NCBI GenBank assembly: GCA_050248855.1
Contig: JBFWRP010000002.1
Coordinates: 224,001-288,000, forward strand
DNA: 64,000 bases
Direction: 5' to 3'
DNA from: Planctomycetota bacterium
Lineage (GTDB): Bacteria > Planctomycetota > PLA2 > JAEUHO01
Shown: piece after piece, positions 27,589-37,899 of the stretch
Numbering within the stretch: the first letter of the stretch is position 1
Layout: every line of letters starts with the position of its first letter
Made by a program: the position numbers and the translations under genes
The notes under the pieces: generated by a model
What the model was told of the DNA's origin: nothing
The model's database searches: none
What the model saw: only the letters and a program-made list of their open reading frames with translations

Positions 27589-28362
27589 TCACCCCAGGAA
27601 GGCGCGCACGGCGTCGGCCAGCGCGTCAGGGGCTTCCAGGTGCGGCGCGTGGCCGGCGCCGGGCACGACGTGCACCGTAGCCCGCGGCAGCCGCGCGGCG
27701 ACCGCCGTGTTGGCGTGGCGGTAGCCGGCGTCGTGCTCGCCCGCGACCAGCAGGACGGGGAGGTCGGCCGCGGCCAGGGCGGGCACGAGGTCCGGTTGGT
27801 GCGCTGGCGTCAACGCCTCCAGCACGTCGGCGAGCCGGTCCGCCCGGCCGCGCAGCCTCCGCGCCCGCCACGTCGGCAGGTCGGGGTGCCTGCGCAGGGT
27901 GTCGAACAGGGGCTGCTGCCACCACGCCTCCAGGAACGCGGCAACGCCTTCGTCGCGCAGGCGCTGCGCCCACGCGCGATCACGCGCCTCGCGCGTGGGG
28001 TCGGTGTCGGGTTCGAGGCGGGCGCCGATCAGGACGAGCTTGCGCACGCGCTGCGGCGCGGCCCCCGCCAGCGCGGCGGCGATGCGTCCGCCCAGGGAGT
28101 AGCCGACGATGTCCACGCGCGTCAGCTCGAGGTGGTCCAGGTGGCGGACGACGGCGCGTGCCGCGCTGGCGAGGTCCGTGGGCAGCGCGGCTTCGTCTTC
28201 GTCCAAGGGTTCGTCGGCGGGCTCGTGGCCGGGCAAGTCGACGGCCACGACCGGCCGGTCGTCGGCCAGCTCCCAGGCGACATCGTCCCAGTCGTCGGCC
28301 GTGCCGAAGAAGCCGTGCAGGAACACGACGGGCGTGGGCTCGGGCCGCGGGCTGGGCGTCAT
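27589..28362 (-). CDS. menH: SHCHC synthase
   Basis: FLHGFFG, VDLPGH, GYSLGGR, AGHAPHLE; ATGA coupling to menD. Confidence 0.88.
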   Translation of the reverse strand: MTPSPRPEPTPVVFLHGFFGTADDWDDVAWELADDRPVVAVDLPGHEPADEPLDEDEAALPTDLASAARAVVRHLDHLELTRVDIVGYSLGGRIAAALAGAAPQRVRKLVLIGARLEPDTDPTREARDRAWAQRLRDEGVAAFLEAWWQQPLFDTLRRHPDLPTWRARRLRGRADRLADVLEALTPAHQPDLVPALAAADLPVLLVAGEHDAGYRHANTAVAARLPRATVHVVPGAGHAPHLEAPDALADAVRAFLG

Positions 28363-30122
28363 GCGGAGGCGGGCCCCAGCACGCGCCGGATGGCGCCCTC
28401 GATCTCGCCCAGGGCCTCGACGGTCGCCTCGATGGACGTGCTCGCTTCGATCACGGCGTGTTCGCCGGCCTGGGCGGCCTCCTCGTAGCAGCCTTCGAGC
28501 TCTTCCTGGGTGGTGACGCGTCGGTAGGGGAGTCCGAACCCGTGGCAGACGCTCTCGAAGTCCAGGTCGTGGCGCGCGTCGAGCCACGGCGTGACGAGGT
28601 CGGCGTAGGCGCCTACGGGCAGCGTGTGGAAGATGCCGCCGCCGCCGTTGTTCACGACCAACAGGGTCAGCGGGGGGCCACCGCCGCGCGCGAGCCCGGC
28701 CAGGGCGTTCAGGTCGTGCAGCAGGGCTTGGTCGCCGAGCAGGACCGTGGTGGGGCGGTCGGCGCCGGCCGCGAAGCCCGCCGCCGTGGACACGATCCCG
28801 TCGATCCCGCTCGCGCCCCGGTTGAGCCCTACCGGGACGTCCGGCCCGTCACGTCGCGCGAAGGCCTGCAGCATGCGCACGGGGAGGCTGTTGGAAACGA
28901 AGAGCGCGTGCGCGGGGTCGATCCGCGCGCTGAGCTGGCGCGCGACCGCCGGCTCGACGAGCGGGTCGTCGGGCGCCAGGTCGAGCACCTCGTCGATGGC
29001 CGTGTCGATGGCGCGGTCCAGCTCGACGAGCGCCGCCGGCGGTCGCCGCTCGTCGAGCCCTTCCTCGAGCGCGTGCGCCAGGAGCTCGTCCACGACGCGC
29101 TCGGGGGCCGCGACGACGTGCTCGACGGTGCGTCCGCTCGGGTCCGCCCACGCGAGCTGGTCGTCCACGACCACCAAGCGCGTCGCGCCTGCTTCGTCCA
29201 GCCAGTGCGCGTAGCGCTTGGACGTCGGGCGTGCACCAAGCTGCAGCACGACCTCGGGCCGGGCGGCCGTCCCGAGCAGCCGGTCCAGGTGCGGGCAGAA
29301 CACGTCACGGTCGCGGCCCAGGCGGTGGCCCGAGCGCAGATCGGCCAGCAACGGCCAGCCGAGCCGCTCCGCCAAGGCGCCGACATCCGCGGGGCAAGGG
29401 CCGGCGGCCACGACCATCCCCTGGGCGCCGTCGAGCCAGCGCGTGAAGAGGCGCGCGCGATCGCGCCCCAGCGCGGCACCCCGCGGGATCAGGTGGGTTG
29501 GGCTCCGCCACGGCGCAGGCCGGTCCGCGTCCAGGTCGGCCACGGCCTCGGCGGGGAACGCGACATGCGTGGGTGCGAGCGGCTCGCGCAAGCGGACGTT
29601 GACGTGGACCGCGCCCCGTGGCGCCAGGCGCGCAAGGGCCAGGGCGCGCGCCACGTGCGCCGCGCCGAGACGTAGCGGCGTACCTGCGTCGGGTGCCGGC
29701 AGGTCCACCGCGTGGCGGACGTGCTCGCCGAAGAGGCCCGCTTGGCGGATCGCCTGGTTGGCGCCGACATCCACGAGCTCCGCCGGCCGATCGGCCGTGA
29801 GCAGCAACAGGGGTACGCCGTCGGCCGTCGCCTCGACGGCCGCGGGGAGCAGGTTGGCCACCGCCGTACCCGACGTGGTGACGACGGCGGCGGGCCGACC
29901 CGTGGCCCGGGCGTGGCCCAGGGCATGGAAGGCCGCGCCCCGCTCGTCCAGCCACAGGACGGCCTCGGCGTGCTCGTCGGCGAGGATCGCGCGCACCAGG
30001 GGCGTCGAGCGCGAGCCCGGTGCGACGACGAACACGCCCACCCCTTGCGCCACGCACGTCTCGATGACGAGACGCGCCCACGCCGCATTCAGGTTGGGCT
30101 CGTCGCGGTAGGGGGACGCCAC
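28359..30122 (-). CDS. menD: SEPHCHC synthase
   Basis: APGSRSTPL, DERGAAF, TSGTAVANL, TADRP, GANQAI, NRGASGIDG, GDQALLHDLN, NNGGGGIF. Confidence 0.95.
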   Translation of the reverse strand: MASPYRDEPNLNAAWARLVIETCVAQGVGVFVVAPGSRSTPLVRAILADEHAEAVLWLDERGAAFHALGHARATGRPAAVVTTSGTAVANLLPAAVEATADGVPLLLLTADRPAELVDVGANQAIRQAGLFGEHVRHAVDLPAPDAGTPLRLGAAHVARALALARLAPRGAVHVNVRLREPLAPTHVAFPAEAVADLDADRPAPWRSPTHLIPRGAALGRDRARLFTRWLDGAQGMVVAAGPCPADVGALAERLGWPLLADLRSGHRLGRDRDVFCPHLDRLLGTAARPEVVLQLGARPTSKRYAHWLDEAGATRLVVVDDQLAWADPSGRTVEHVVAAPERVVDELLAHALEEGLDERRPPAALVELDRAIDTAIDEVLDLAPDDPLVEPAVARQLSARIDPAHALFVSNSLPVRMLQAFARRDGPDVPVGLNRGASGIDGIVSTAAGFAAGADRPTTVLLGDQALLHDLNALAGLARGGGPPLTLLVVNNGGGGIFHTLPVGAYADLVTPWLDARHDLDFESVCHGFGLPYRRVTTQEELEGCYEEAAQAGEHAVIEASTSIEATVEALGEIEGAIRRVLGPASA

Positions 30123-30178
30123 GAAGCCCACGGTAGCGCGCGGCCGTTCCAAGCCGACGTTCTCCGTGCCGCAGGCGG

Positions 30179-31507
30179 TCAGCTCGGTTCGAGCGCGGTC
30201 CGCATGGCGGCAAGCTTCTGCTCGGTCTCCTCCCACTCGGCCTCGGTGCGGCTGCCGTGGACGACACCGGCGCCGGCGTAGGCGATGGCCTCCGCGCCGT
30301 CCAGACGCGCGCTGCGCAGCGCCACCGCGACATCCAAGCCGAACGCGCCGACGCGGCCCACGAGGCCGGCATAGAGGCCGCGGTCAAAGCCCTCGTGGGT
30401 CCGCAGCCAGGCGAGCGCCGCGTCCACCGGCTCGCCGGCCACCGCCGGTGTGGGGTGGAGCGCCGCGAGGAGGTCCGTGTCGTGCACCCCCGGTGCGAGA
30501 TCGGCCTCGATGCGGGTCCGGAGGTGCAACAGGCGGCCGGCCGCCTCGACCACGGGGACAGGTGCCGCGTGGACCTGCGTCGAGATCCTGCGCAAGCGGG
30601 ACAGCACGTGCTCGACGACGACGGCGTGCTCGCGGCGGTCCTTGTCCGATCCGAAGAGCTCCACGGCGCCCCCTGCCGTAGCCCGCTCGACCGACGCCAG
30701 CGTCCCGGCCAGTGCCTCCGTCCACACGTGGCGCCCCTGGCGTCGGGCCAGGCACTCGGGGCTGACGCCCAGGAACGCGCGCGCGCCTCCGGCCTCGACG
30801 AGGAAGCGGTACCCAACGCCCGCGGTCCGGTCCAGGCGGCGGAGCACGGACAGCGCGTCCGCCGGCGGGCCCACGCGACGCGCGTCGCGGCGCGCCAGCA
30901 CGCCCTTCACCAGCTGACCCGCCTGCACGCGTGCCAACAGCAGCCCCATCGACGCGTCCCAGCGGGCGCGCTCGTCGACGGGCCCGCGCGGAGCGTCCTC
31001 GGGCCCGGTCCCGCCGGGCGGCTCGGCGGGTGGCTCGCCGGCGACGCGCTGCTCGATGGCAAACCAGCGACCCTCGTGACGGCGCAGCTCGAGGCTGGGC
31101 ACCACGAGGCGCACCGCGCCGTAGGGACGCCACGGCGGTGACGGGGCCACGCCGAGGTCGAACCGCGAGGTGAGGAAGGCCCCCAGCCCGCCGTCGGGCC
31201 CCGGCGCGGGGTCGGGCGGCAGGTGCTCCAGGACGCCGAAGTCCCGGCCTTCGAGGACCAGCGCCTCGCCCGCCCCCGCGGCGAGGTCGCCGGTCTCGCG
31301 CCCGACGAACAGCCGCCGGGAACCACGTGGCAGGCGCGCCAGCCACGCGAACGGATCGACCTCCGTGGCGAGCGGCCACACGTGCCGCTCCAGCACGCCC
31401 GGGGGCGGTGCCGGGCGGGCCAAGCGCGAGGGCGGCTCGTCCCGTTCGTGGCCGATCGACGTGCGCACGTCCCAGGCATGCGGCGGCGGGTCGACGACGG
31501 GCGGCAC
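30179..31507 (-). CDS. menF: Isochorismate synthase
   Basis: KGVLAR, SPECL, TEALAGT, KDRREH, LHPTPAVAG, RGLYAG, VALRS, YAGAGVV...EWEETEQK. Start uncertain. Confidence 0.9.
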   Translation of the reverse strand: MPPVVDPPPHAWDVRTSIGHERDEPPSRLARPAPPPGVLERHVWPLATEVDPFAWLARLPRGSRRLFVGRETGDLAAGAGEALVLEGRDFGVLEHLPPDPAPGPDGGLGAFLTSRFDLGVAPSPPWRPYGAVRLVVPSLELRRHEGRWFAIEQRVAGEPPAEPPGGTGPEDAPRGPVDERARWDASMGLLLARVQAGQLVKGVLARRDARRVGPPADALSVLRRLDRTAGVGYRFLVEAGGARAFLGVSPECLARRQGRHVWTEALAGTLASVERATAGGAVELFGSDKDRREHAVVVEHVLSRLRRISTQVHAAPVPVVEAAGRLLHLRTRIEADLAPGVHDTDLLAALHPTPAVAGEPVDAALAWLRTHEGFDRGLYAGLVGRVGAFGLDVAVALRSARLDGAEAIAYAGAGVVHGSRTEAEWEETEQKLAAMRTALEPS

Positions 31508-31638
31508 GCCGGCATCCTACGGCCCGCTGCGTGGGAGCCGCGGGCGCAGCACGAAGTGGCCGTAGACTCCGCCCCGCGCCGCCGGGGACGGCTCTCGCCG
31601 TTCCGCGATGGTCCCGGCGCGCGCCCGGAAGCCCCCTC

Positions 31639-34600
31639 ATGTCTGCGCCCAAGGAACCGCTGCCGTATCCCGCCGTCGAGCCCCGGCCCGACTTCCCGGC
31701 GATCGAGCGGGAGATCCTGGCGCGTTGGCAGCGCGACGACACCTTCCAGGCCTCGGTCGATGCGCGGCCCGGTGGGGACCGCGAGTACGTCTTCTACGAC
31801 GGCCCGCCGTTCGCCAACGGGCTGCCTCACTACGGCCACTTGCTGACGGGCTACGTGAAGGACGTCGTGCCGCGCTACCAGACCATGCGCGGCAAGCGGG
31901 TGGAGCGTCGCTTCGGCTGGGACTGCCATGGACTTCCCGCGGAGATGGAGGCCGAGAAGGAGCTCGGCGTCTCGGGGCGCAAGGCCATCACCGAGTACGG
32001 CATCGAGCGCTTCAACGCGGCCTGCCGCACGTCGGTGCTCAAGTACACGGCGGCCTGGGAGCGCTACGTCACGCGCATGGGTCGTTGGGTGGACTTCGCC
32101 AACGACTACAAGACGCTGGACCTCTCCTACATGGAGAGCGTGATCTGGGCGTTCCAGCAGCTGTGGCAGAAGGGCCTGGTCTACGAGGGCTACCGCGTGA
32201 TGCCCTACTCGTGGGCCGCCCAGACGCCGCTGTCCAACTTCGAGATCCGCCTGGACGACGCCACCCGGCCCAAGCAGGACCCGGCCGTCACGGTGGCCCT
32301 GCGTCTGGACCCCAAACCGGGCGACCCCGGCCCGATGGACCTGCTCGTGTGGACGACCACCCCGTGGACGCTACCGAGCAACCTCGGCGCCGCCGTCGGG
32401 CCGGATCTCGAGTACGCCCTGCTGCGCCACGGCGATCGCCTCGTCGTCCTCGGCGCGGCCGTGCTGGAGCGCTTCGCCAAGGAGCTCGACGGCGCCGAGC
32501 GCGTGGGCACGCTCCACGGACGCGAGCTCGTCGGTCGCACGTACGGGCCCCTGTTCCCCTTCTTCACGGGCCACCGCCACGCCTTCCAGGTGTTCGCCGC
32601 CGACTTCGTGGAGACGGGCGAGGGCACGGGCATCGTGCACATGGCGCCCTACGGCGAGGACGACCAGCGCCTGCTCGAGGCGAACGGCGTCACGCTGGTG
32701 GACCCCGTCGACGAGGAGGGCCGCTTCACCGAGCCCGTGACGCCGTACGCCGGCCAGCACGTCTTCGACGCCAACAAGGTGATCATCCGCGACCTGAAGG
32801 AGCGGGGTGTGCTGCTCAAGCACGAGACGATCGTGCACAACTACCCGCACTGCTGGCGCACGGACACGCCGATCATCTTCAAGCCGCTGCGCTCCTGGTA
32901 CGTGCAGGTCACGGCGTTCCGCGACCGCATGGTGGAGCTCAACCGGGCCATCCAGTGGATCCCCGACCACGTGCGTGACGGGCAGTTCGGTCGCTGGCTC
33001 GAGGGCGCGCGTGACTGGTCCATCAGCCGCAACCGCTTCTGGGGTGCACCGATCCCGGTGTGGAAGAGCGACGATCCGGCGTATCCGCGCGTGGACGTGT
33101 ACGGCAGCCTGGACGAGCTGGAGCGCGACTTCGGCGTGCGCCTGACGGATCTGCACCGCCCCACGGTGGACGCGCTGACGCGCCCCAACCCGGATGACCC
33201 CACGGGCAAGAGCACGATGCGGCGCGTGCCGGAGGTGCTCGACTGCTGGTTCGAGTCCGGGTCCATGCCCTTCGCCCAGCTGCACTACCCGTTCGAGAAC
33301 CGCGAGTGGTTCGAGGACCACTTCCCCGCCGACTTCATCGTGGAGTACATCGCCCAGACGCGTGGGTGGTTCTACACGCTGATGGTGCTTTCCACGGCGC
33401 TGTTCGACCGGCCGCCGTTTCGCAGCTGCATCGCGCACGGCATCGTGCTCGATACCGACGGCCGCAAGCTCTCCAAGCGCTTGCGCAACTACCCCGACCC
33501 CGAGGAGGTGTTCGAGACGATCGGCTCGGACGCGCTGCGCTGGTACCTGATGGCCTCGCCCGTCTTGCGCGGCGGCGACCTCAAGATCGACCAGCAGGGC
33601 GCCGGCATCGCCGAGGTCGTGCGCCTCGTCATCAACCCGATCTGGAACGCCTTCGCCTTCTTCACCCTGTACGCCAACGCGGACCGGGTGCGGGCGAAGG
33701 TGCGTGCCGACAGCACGCAGCTGATCGACCGCTACGCGCTGGCCAAGCTGCGCGCGCTCGTCGAGACCGTGACGGCGCGCATGGACGCCTACGACCTGGC
33801 CGGCGCGTGTGCGGAGATCACCGCGTTCCTGGACGCGCTCAACAACTGGGTCATCCGCCGCGGGCGACCCCGGTTCTGGGCCGCGGAGGACAGCGCGGAC
33901 AAGCGGGACGCCTACGACACCCTCTACACGGTGCTCACGACGCTCGTGAAGCTCGCGGCACCCTTGCTGCCGTTCACGACCGAGCGCATCTACCGCGACC
34001 TCACGGGCGAGCCGAGCGTGCATCTTGCGGACTGGCCGGACGCCGCGACGCTCCCGGCCGATCCCGACCTCGTGCGCGACATGGACCGCGTGCGCGATGC
34101 GTGCTCGGTGGCGCTCATGCTGCGCGAGGAGAAGGGCCTCCGGGCCCGCCTGCCGCTGGCCAAGCTCACGCTCGCGGGCAAGGGCGCCGCGCGACTGGCG
34201 CCGTTCCTGCATCTCGTCCGCGATGAAGTCAACGTGAAGGAGGTCGAGCTGACCGAGGAGCTCGGCGCCTACGCGACGCGCGTGCTCGTGCCGGACGGTC
34301 GGGTGCTCGGCCCGCGGCTGGGCCCACGCTTCCGCGAGGTCGCGGCCGCCGCCAAGGCCGGTACCTGGCACGCGCTGGACGGGGGCCGCGTCCAGGTCGG
34401 CGACCTCGTGCTCGAGCCCGGCGAGCTCAAGATCCGCCTGCAGGCGCACGAGGGCGCCCTGGCCGGGGCGCTTCGCACGAACGACATGGTCGCGGTGCTC
34501 GACGACGAGGTGACGCCTGTCCTGCGTGCGGAGGGCATGGCGCGCGACGTCGTACGCCTGGTGCAGAGCGCCCGCAAGGACGCGGATCTCGTGATCACGG

Positions 34601-34794
34601 ACCGTATCGCCTTGCGGCTGGACCTGCCCGCCGAAGTCGAGGCCGCCGTGCGTGAGCACGAGGTCTACGTGGCGGAGCAGGTGCTGGCGACGCGCGTGGC
34701 CTACGGCGTGGTCGATGGCGAGGGACATCGTTTCGAGGGCAGCACCGAGGGCCACGACGTGCGCGGCGCCCTCGAGGTCGTCGCGGCGGATTGA
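31639..34794 (+). CDS. ileS: Isoleucine--tRNA ligase (type 2)
   Basis: DGPPFANGLPHYGH, GWDCHGLP, WTTTPWTLPSN, DWSISRNRFWG, QTRGWFY, KLSKR; type-2-like C-terminal extension. Confidence 0.97.
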   Translation: MSAPKEPLPYPAVEPRPDFPAIEREILARWQRDDTFQASVDARPGGDREYVFYDGPPFANGLPHYGHLLTGYVKDVVPRYQTMRGKRVERRFGWDCHGLPAEMEAEKELGVSGRKAITEYGIERFNAACRTSVLKYTAAWERYVTRMGRWVDFANDYKTLDLSYMESVIWAFQQLWQKGLVYEGYRVMPYSWAAQTPLSNFEIRLDDATRPKQDPAVTVALRLDPKPGDPGPMDLLVWTTTPWTLPSNLGAAVGPDLEYALLRHGDRLVVLGAAVLERFAKELDGAERVGTLHGRELVGRTYGPLFPFFTGHRHAFQVFAADFVETGEGTGIVHMAPYGEDDQRLLEANGVTLVDPVDEEGRFTEPVTPYAGQHVFDANKVIIRDLKERGVLLKHETIVHNYPHCWRTDTPIIFKPLRSWYVQVTAFRDRMVELNRAIQWIPDHVRDGQFGRWLEGARDWSISRNRFWGAPIPVWKSDDPAYPRVDVYGSLDELERDFGVRLTDLHRPTVDALTRPNPDDPTGKSTMRRVPEVLDCWFESGSMPFAQLHYPFENREWFEDHFPADFIVEYIAQTRGWFYTLMVLSTALFDRPPFRSCIAHGIVLDTDGRKLSKRLRNYPDPEEVFETIGSDALRWYLMASPVLRGGDLKIDQQGAGIAEVVRLVINPIWNAFAFFTLYANADRVRAKVRADSTQLIDRYALAKLRALVETVTARMDAYDLAGACAEITAFLDALNNWVIRRGRPRFWAAEDSADKRDAYDTLYTVLTTLVKLAAPLLPFTTERIYRDLTGEPSVHLADWPDAATLPADPDLVRDMDRVRDACSVALMLREEKGLRARLPLAKLTLAGKGAARLAPFLHLVRDEVNVKEVELTEELGAYATRVLVPDGRVLGPRLGPRFREVAAAAKAGTWHALDGGRVQVGDLVLEPGELKIRLQAHEGALAGALRTNDMVAVLDDEVTPVLRAEGMARDVVRLVQSARKDADLVITDRIALRLDLPAEVEAAVREHEVYVAEQVLATRVAYGVVDGEGHRFEGSTEGHDVRGALEVVAAD

Positions 34795-34843
34795 CCCGGG
34801 ACCTCCCGGGGGGTACGGGTACCCACGTCCCCTGGAGGTCGCC

Positions 34844-36808
34844 ATGCACGAACCGTCGATCGAGTCGCTGCTCGCGGAGGAGCGTCGCTTCCCGCCGCCG
34901 CCGGACTTTGCCGCGAAGGCCGTGGTCCGGGACCGCTCGTTGTTCGAGGAGGCGGATCGCGATCCCGAGGCCTACTGGGCGCGCGAGGCGAAGACGTTCC
35001 AGTGGATGGAGCCGTGGCACACGGTGCTCGAGTGGAACCTGCCGTTTGCCAAGTGGTTCACGGGCGGCAAGCTCAACATCACCGAGAGCTGCCTCGACCG
35101 GCACGTGGCCGCCGGGAAGGGCGATCGCGTTGCCTTCCACTGGGAGGGTGAGCCCGGCGACCAGCGGGCGATCACGTACGCCGAGCTCCTGGCCGAGGTG
35201 AACCGCACCGCCAACGCGCTGGCCGAGCTCGGCGTGAGGGCTGGCGACCGCGTGACGCTCTACATGGGCATGGTGCCCGAGCTGGCCGTTGCCGTGCTGG
35301 CCTGCGCGCGCTTGGGCGCGCCGCACAGCGTGGTGTTCGGCGGCTTCAGCCCGACATCGCTTCGCGAGCGCATCCACGACTCGACCAGCCGCGTCCTCGT
35401 GACCGCCGACGGCGCGTGGCGCCGCGGCCACGTGGTACCGCTCAAGGCCAACGCCGACGAGGCCGTGTCCGGCGACACGACCATCGAGAAGGTCCTCGTG
35501 CTCCGGCGCATCGGCTCGGCGCACGCCTCGACCGCGACGCTTCCCATGCAGGCCGGCCGCGACGTCTGGTGGCACGACATCGTGCCCCGCCAGTCCGCGG
35601 ACCGCCACGCGGAGCCGCGCGACGCCGAGGACACCCTCTTCTTGCTCTACACGAGCGGCACGACCGGCAAGCCCAAGGGCATCGTGCACTCGACGGGCGG
35701 CTACATGGTGGGCGCCGGAACCACCACCAAGTACGTCTTCGACCTGCGCGACGACGACGTCTACTGGTGTACGGCCGACATCGGCTGGGTCACGGGGCAC
35801 ACGTACATCGTGTACGGGCCGCTCCTCTGCGGCGCCACCAGCGTGATCTACGAGGGCGCTCCCAACCAGCCCGACGAGTCGCGCTTGTGGTCGATCGTCG
35901 AGCGTTACGGCGTGACGATCTTCTACACGGCGCCCACGGCCATCCGTACGTTCATGCGCTGGGGCGTGAAGCACGTGCACAAGCACGACCTGTCGTCGCT
36001 GCGCCTGCTCGGCAGCGTCGGCGAGCCCATCAACCCCGAAGCGTGGATGTGGTACCACGAGCACGTCGGCGGCGGCCGCTGCCCGATCGTGGACACATGG
36101 TGGCAGACGGAGACGGGCAGCATCCTGCTGAGCCCCCTGCCGGGCCTCACCACGACCAAGCCGGGCTCGGCGTGCGGTCCCCTGCCCGGGATCGCCGTCG
36201 ACGTCGTCGACGAGGAGGGCCGCTCGGTGCCGCGCGGCGAGGGCGGCTTCCTCGTGCTGGACGGACCCTGGCCGTCCATGCTGCGCGGCATCCACGGCGA
36301 CCCGCAGCGCTACAAGGACACCTACTGGTCGCGCTTCCCGGGTCGCTACTTCGCGGGCGACGGCTGCAAGCGCGACGCAGACGGCTACCTGTGGCTGCTC
36401 GGTCGCGTGGACGACATCATGCTCGTCGCGGGCCACAACATCAGCACGATGGAAGTCGAGTCGGCGTGTGTCGACCACCCCGACGTGGCGGAGGCCGCCG
36501 TCGTCGGTCGCAAGGACGACATCAAGGGCCAGGCCATCGCGGCCTTCGTCAGCCTGCGCGAGGGCATCGAGGGGGACGAAGCGCTCGTCCGGGCCATCCG
36601 CGACCACGTCGCGAAGGTGCTCGGGCCCATCGCCCGGCCGGATGCGGTCTTCATCTCGGCCGAGCTGCCCAAGACACGGAGCGGCAAGATCATGCGCCGG
36701 CTGCTCCGCGACATCGCCGAGGGCAGGGCCCTGGGCGACACGACCACCCTTGCGGACCCGACGGTCGTCGACCGTCTGCGCCGCCAGTACGAGCACAAGG
36801 AAGGCTGA
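34844..36808 (+). CDS. acs: Acetyl-CoA synthetase
   Basis: YTSGTTGKPKG, GSVGEPINPEAW, DTWWQTETG, GRVDD, LPKTRSGKIMRR; GGAGG RBS. Confidence 0.97.
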   Translation: MHEPSIESLLAEERRFPPPPDFAAKAVVRDRSLFEEADRDPEAYWAREAKTFQWMEPWHTVLEWNLPFAKWFTGGKLNITESCLDRHVAAGKGDRVAFHWEGEPGDQRAITYAELLAEVNRTANALAELGVRAGDRVTLYMGMVPELAVAVLACARLGAPHSVVFGGFSPTSLRERIHDSTSRVLVTADGAWRRGHVVPLKANADEAVSGDTTIEKVLVLRRIGSAHASTATLPMQAGRDVWWHDIVPRQSADRHAEPRDAEDTLFLLYTSGTTGKPKGIVHSTGGYMVGAGTTTKYVFDLRDDDVYWCTADIGWVTGHTYIVYGPLLCGATSVIYEGAPNQPDESRLWSIVERYGVTIFYTAPTAIRTFMRWGVKHVHKHDLSSLRLLGSVGEPINPEAWMWYHEHVGGGRCPIVDTWWQTETGSILLSPLPGLTTTKPGSACGPLPGIAVDVVDEEGRSVPRGEGGFLVLDGPWPSMLRGIHGDPQRYKDTYWSRFPGRYFAGDGCKRDADGYLWLLGRVDDIMLVAGHNISTMEVESACVDHPDVAEAAVVGRKDDIKGQAIAAFVSLREGIEGDEALVRAIRDHVAKVLGPIARPDAVFISAELPKTRSGKIMRRLLRDIAEGRALGDTTTLADPTVVDRLRRQYEHKEG

Positions 36809-36950
36809 CCCTCCAGGCGGCCGCGGCGCGGGCGACCGCGCGCGCGAGGTCGGCTCCGGACGCCCCCTCCGGCAGGGGGGGGACGGGCGCGGGCCACGCC
36901 GTATCCTCCCCGGCTCGAAGGCCGCCGATGGGGCGGCGCGGGGGTCGGTC

Positions 36951-37895
36951 ATGCGGATCGCGGTCACAGGCGCCACGGGCTTCGTCGGACGCCACCTCGT
37001 CGCCCGCTTGCGCGAGAAGGGGCACGAGGTGCGGGCGTTGGTGCGCGACCTCGGGCGGGCCGAGGATGCGCTGGGTGCCGCGGCCGAGCTGCGCGTCTAC
37101 GACCCCTACGATGCCGCCGACGTGCGCGATGCGCTGACCGACGTCGACGGCGTCGTCAACCTGGCGGGCGAGAACATCTTCGGCGCCCGCTGGACCACGG
37201 CCGTCAAGCAGTCCCTGCGCGACTCTCGCGTGGTCACGACGCGCGTGTTCTACGACGCGCTCCACCCGGTCAAGCTGGAGGAGCGCCCCAAGGTCTTCGT
37301 GTCGGCCAGCGCCGTCGGCTACTACGGCGCCCGCCCCGCGGGCACCGCGTGTCCCGAAGACGAGCACGCCGCCACCCAGCTGAACGCTCCCGACTTCCTC
37401 GGTCACCTCTGCGAGGAGTGGGAGGTCGCCGCGAGGCGCCTGGAGCTGCTGGGCTTGCGCGTGGTCACGCCGCGCATCGGCGTCGTGTTGGGACGCGGCG
37501 GAGGTGCGCTGCAGCAGATGGAGCCGGTCGCGCGCAAGCACGTGAGCGTGCAGATGGGCAACGGCCGCCAGGTCGTCAGCTGGGTCCACCTGGACGATCT
37601 GGTCAACATCCTGGTGTATGCGCTGGAGACGCCGGACCTGAAGGGCCCCGTCAACGCGACGGCCCCCGAGCCCGTCACGAGCCGCCAGCTGGCCAAGTCG
37701 CTCGCCAAGGCGATGGGCAAGAGGGCGATCCTGCCGGGCATGCCGGCACCCGTGGCCAAGCTCGTCTTCGGCAAGGGCCGCGCCAGCATGCTGCTCGAAG
37801 GCCAGGAGGTGAAGCCCTACGTCCTCCAGGACCGCGGCTTCCGCTTCCGCTTCCCCGACATCGACTCCGCGCTGGGCGACCTCTACGCGAAGTAG
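36951..37895 (+). CDS. TIGR01777/YfcH-like NAD-dependent epimerase
   Basis: TGATGFVG, NLAGE, SASAVGYYG, LCEEWE, SWVHLDD, GPVNATAP. Confidence 0.92.
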   Translation: MRIAVTGATGFVGRHLVARLREKGHEVRALVRDLGRAEDALGAAAELRVYDPYDAADVRDALTDVDGVVNLAGENIFGARWTTAVKQSLRDSRVVTTRVFYDALHPVKLEERPKVFVSASAVGYYGARPAGTACPEDEHAATQLNAPDFLGHLCEEWEVAARRLELLGLRVVTPRIGVVLGRGGGALQQMEPVARKHVSVQMGNGRQVVSWVHLDDLVNILVYALETPDLKGPVNATAPEPVTSRQLAKSLAKAMGKRAILPGMPAPVAKLVFGKGRASMLLEGQEVKPYVLQDRGFRFRFPDIDSALGDLYAK

Positions 37896-37899
37896 CACG

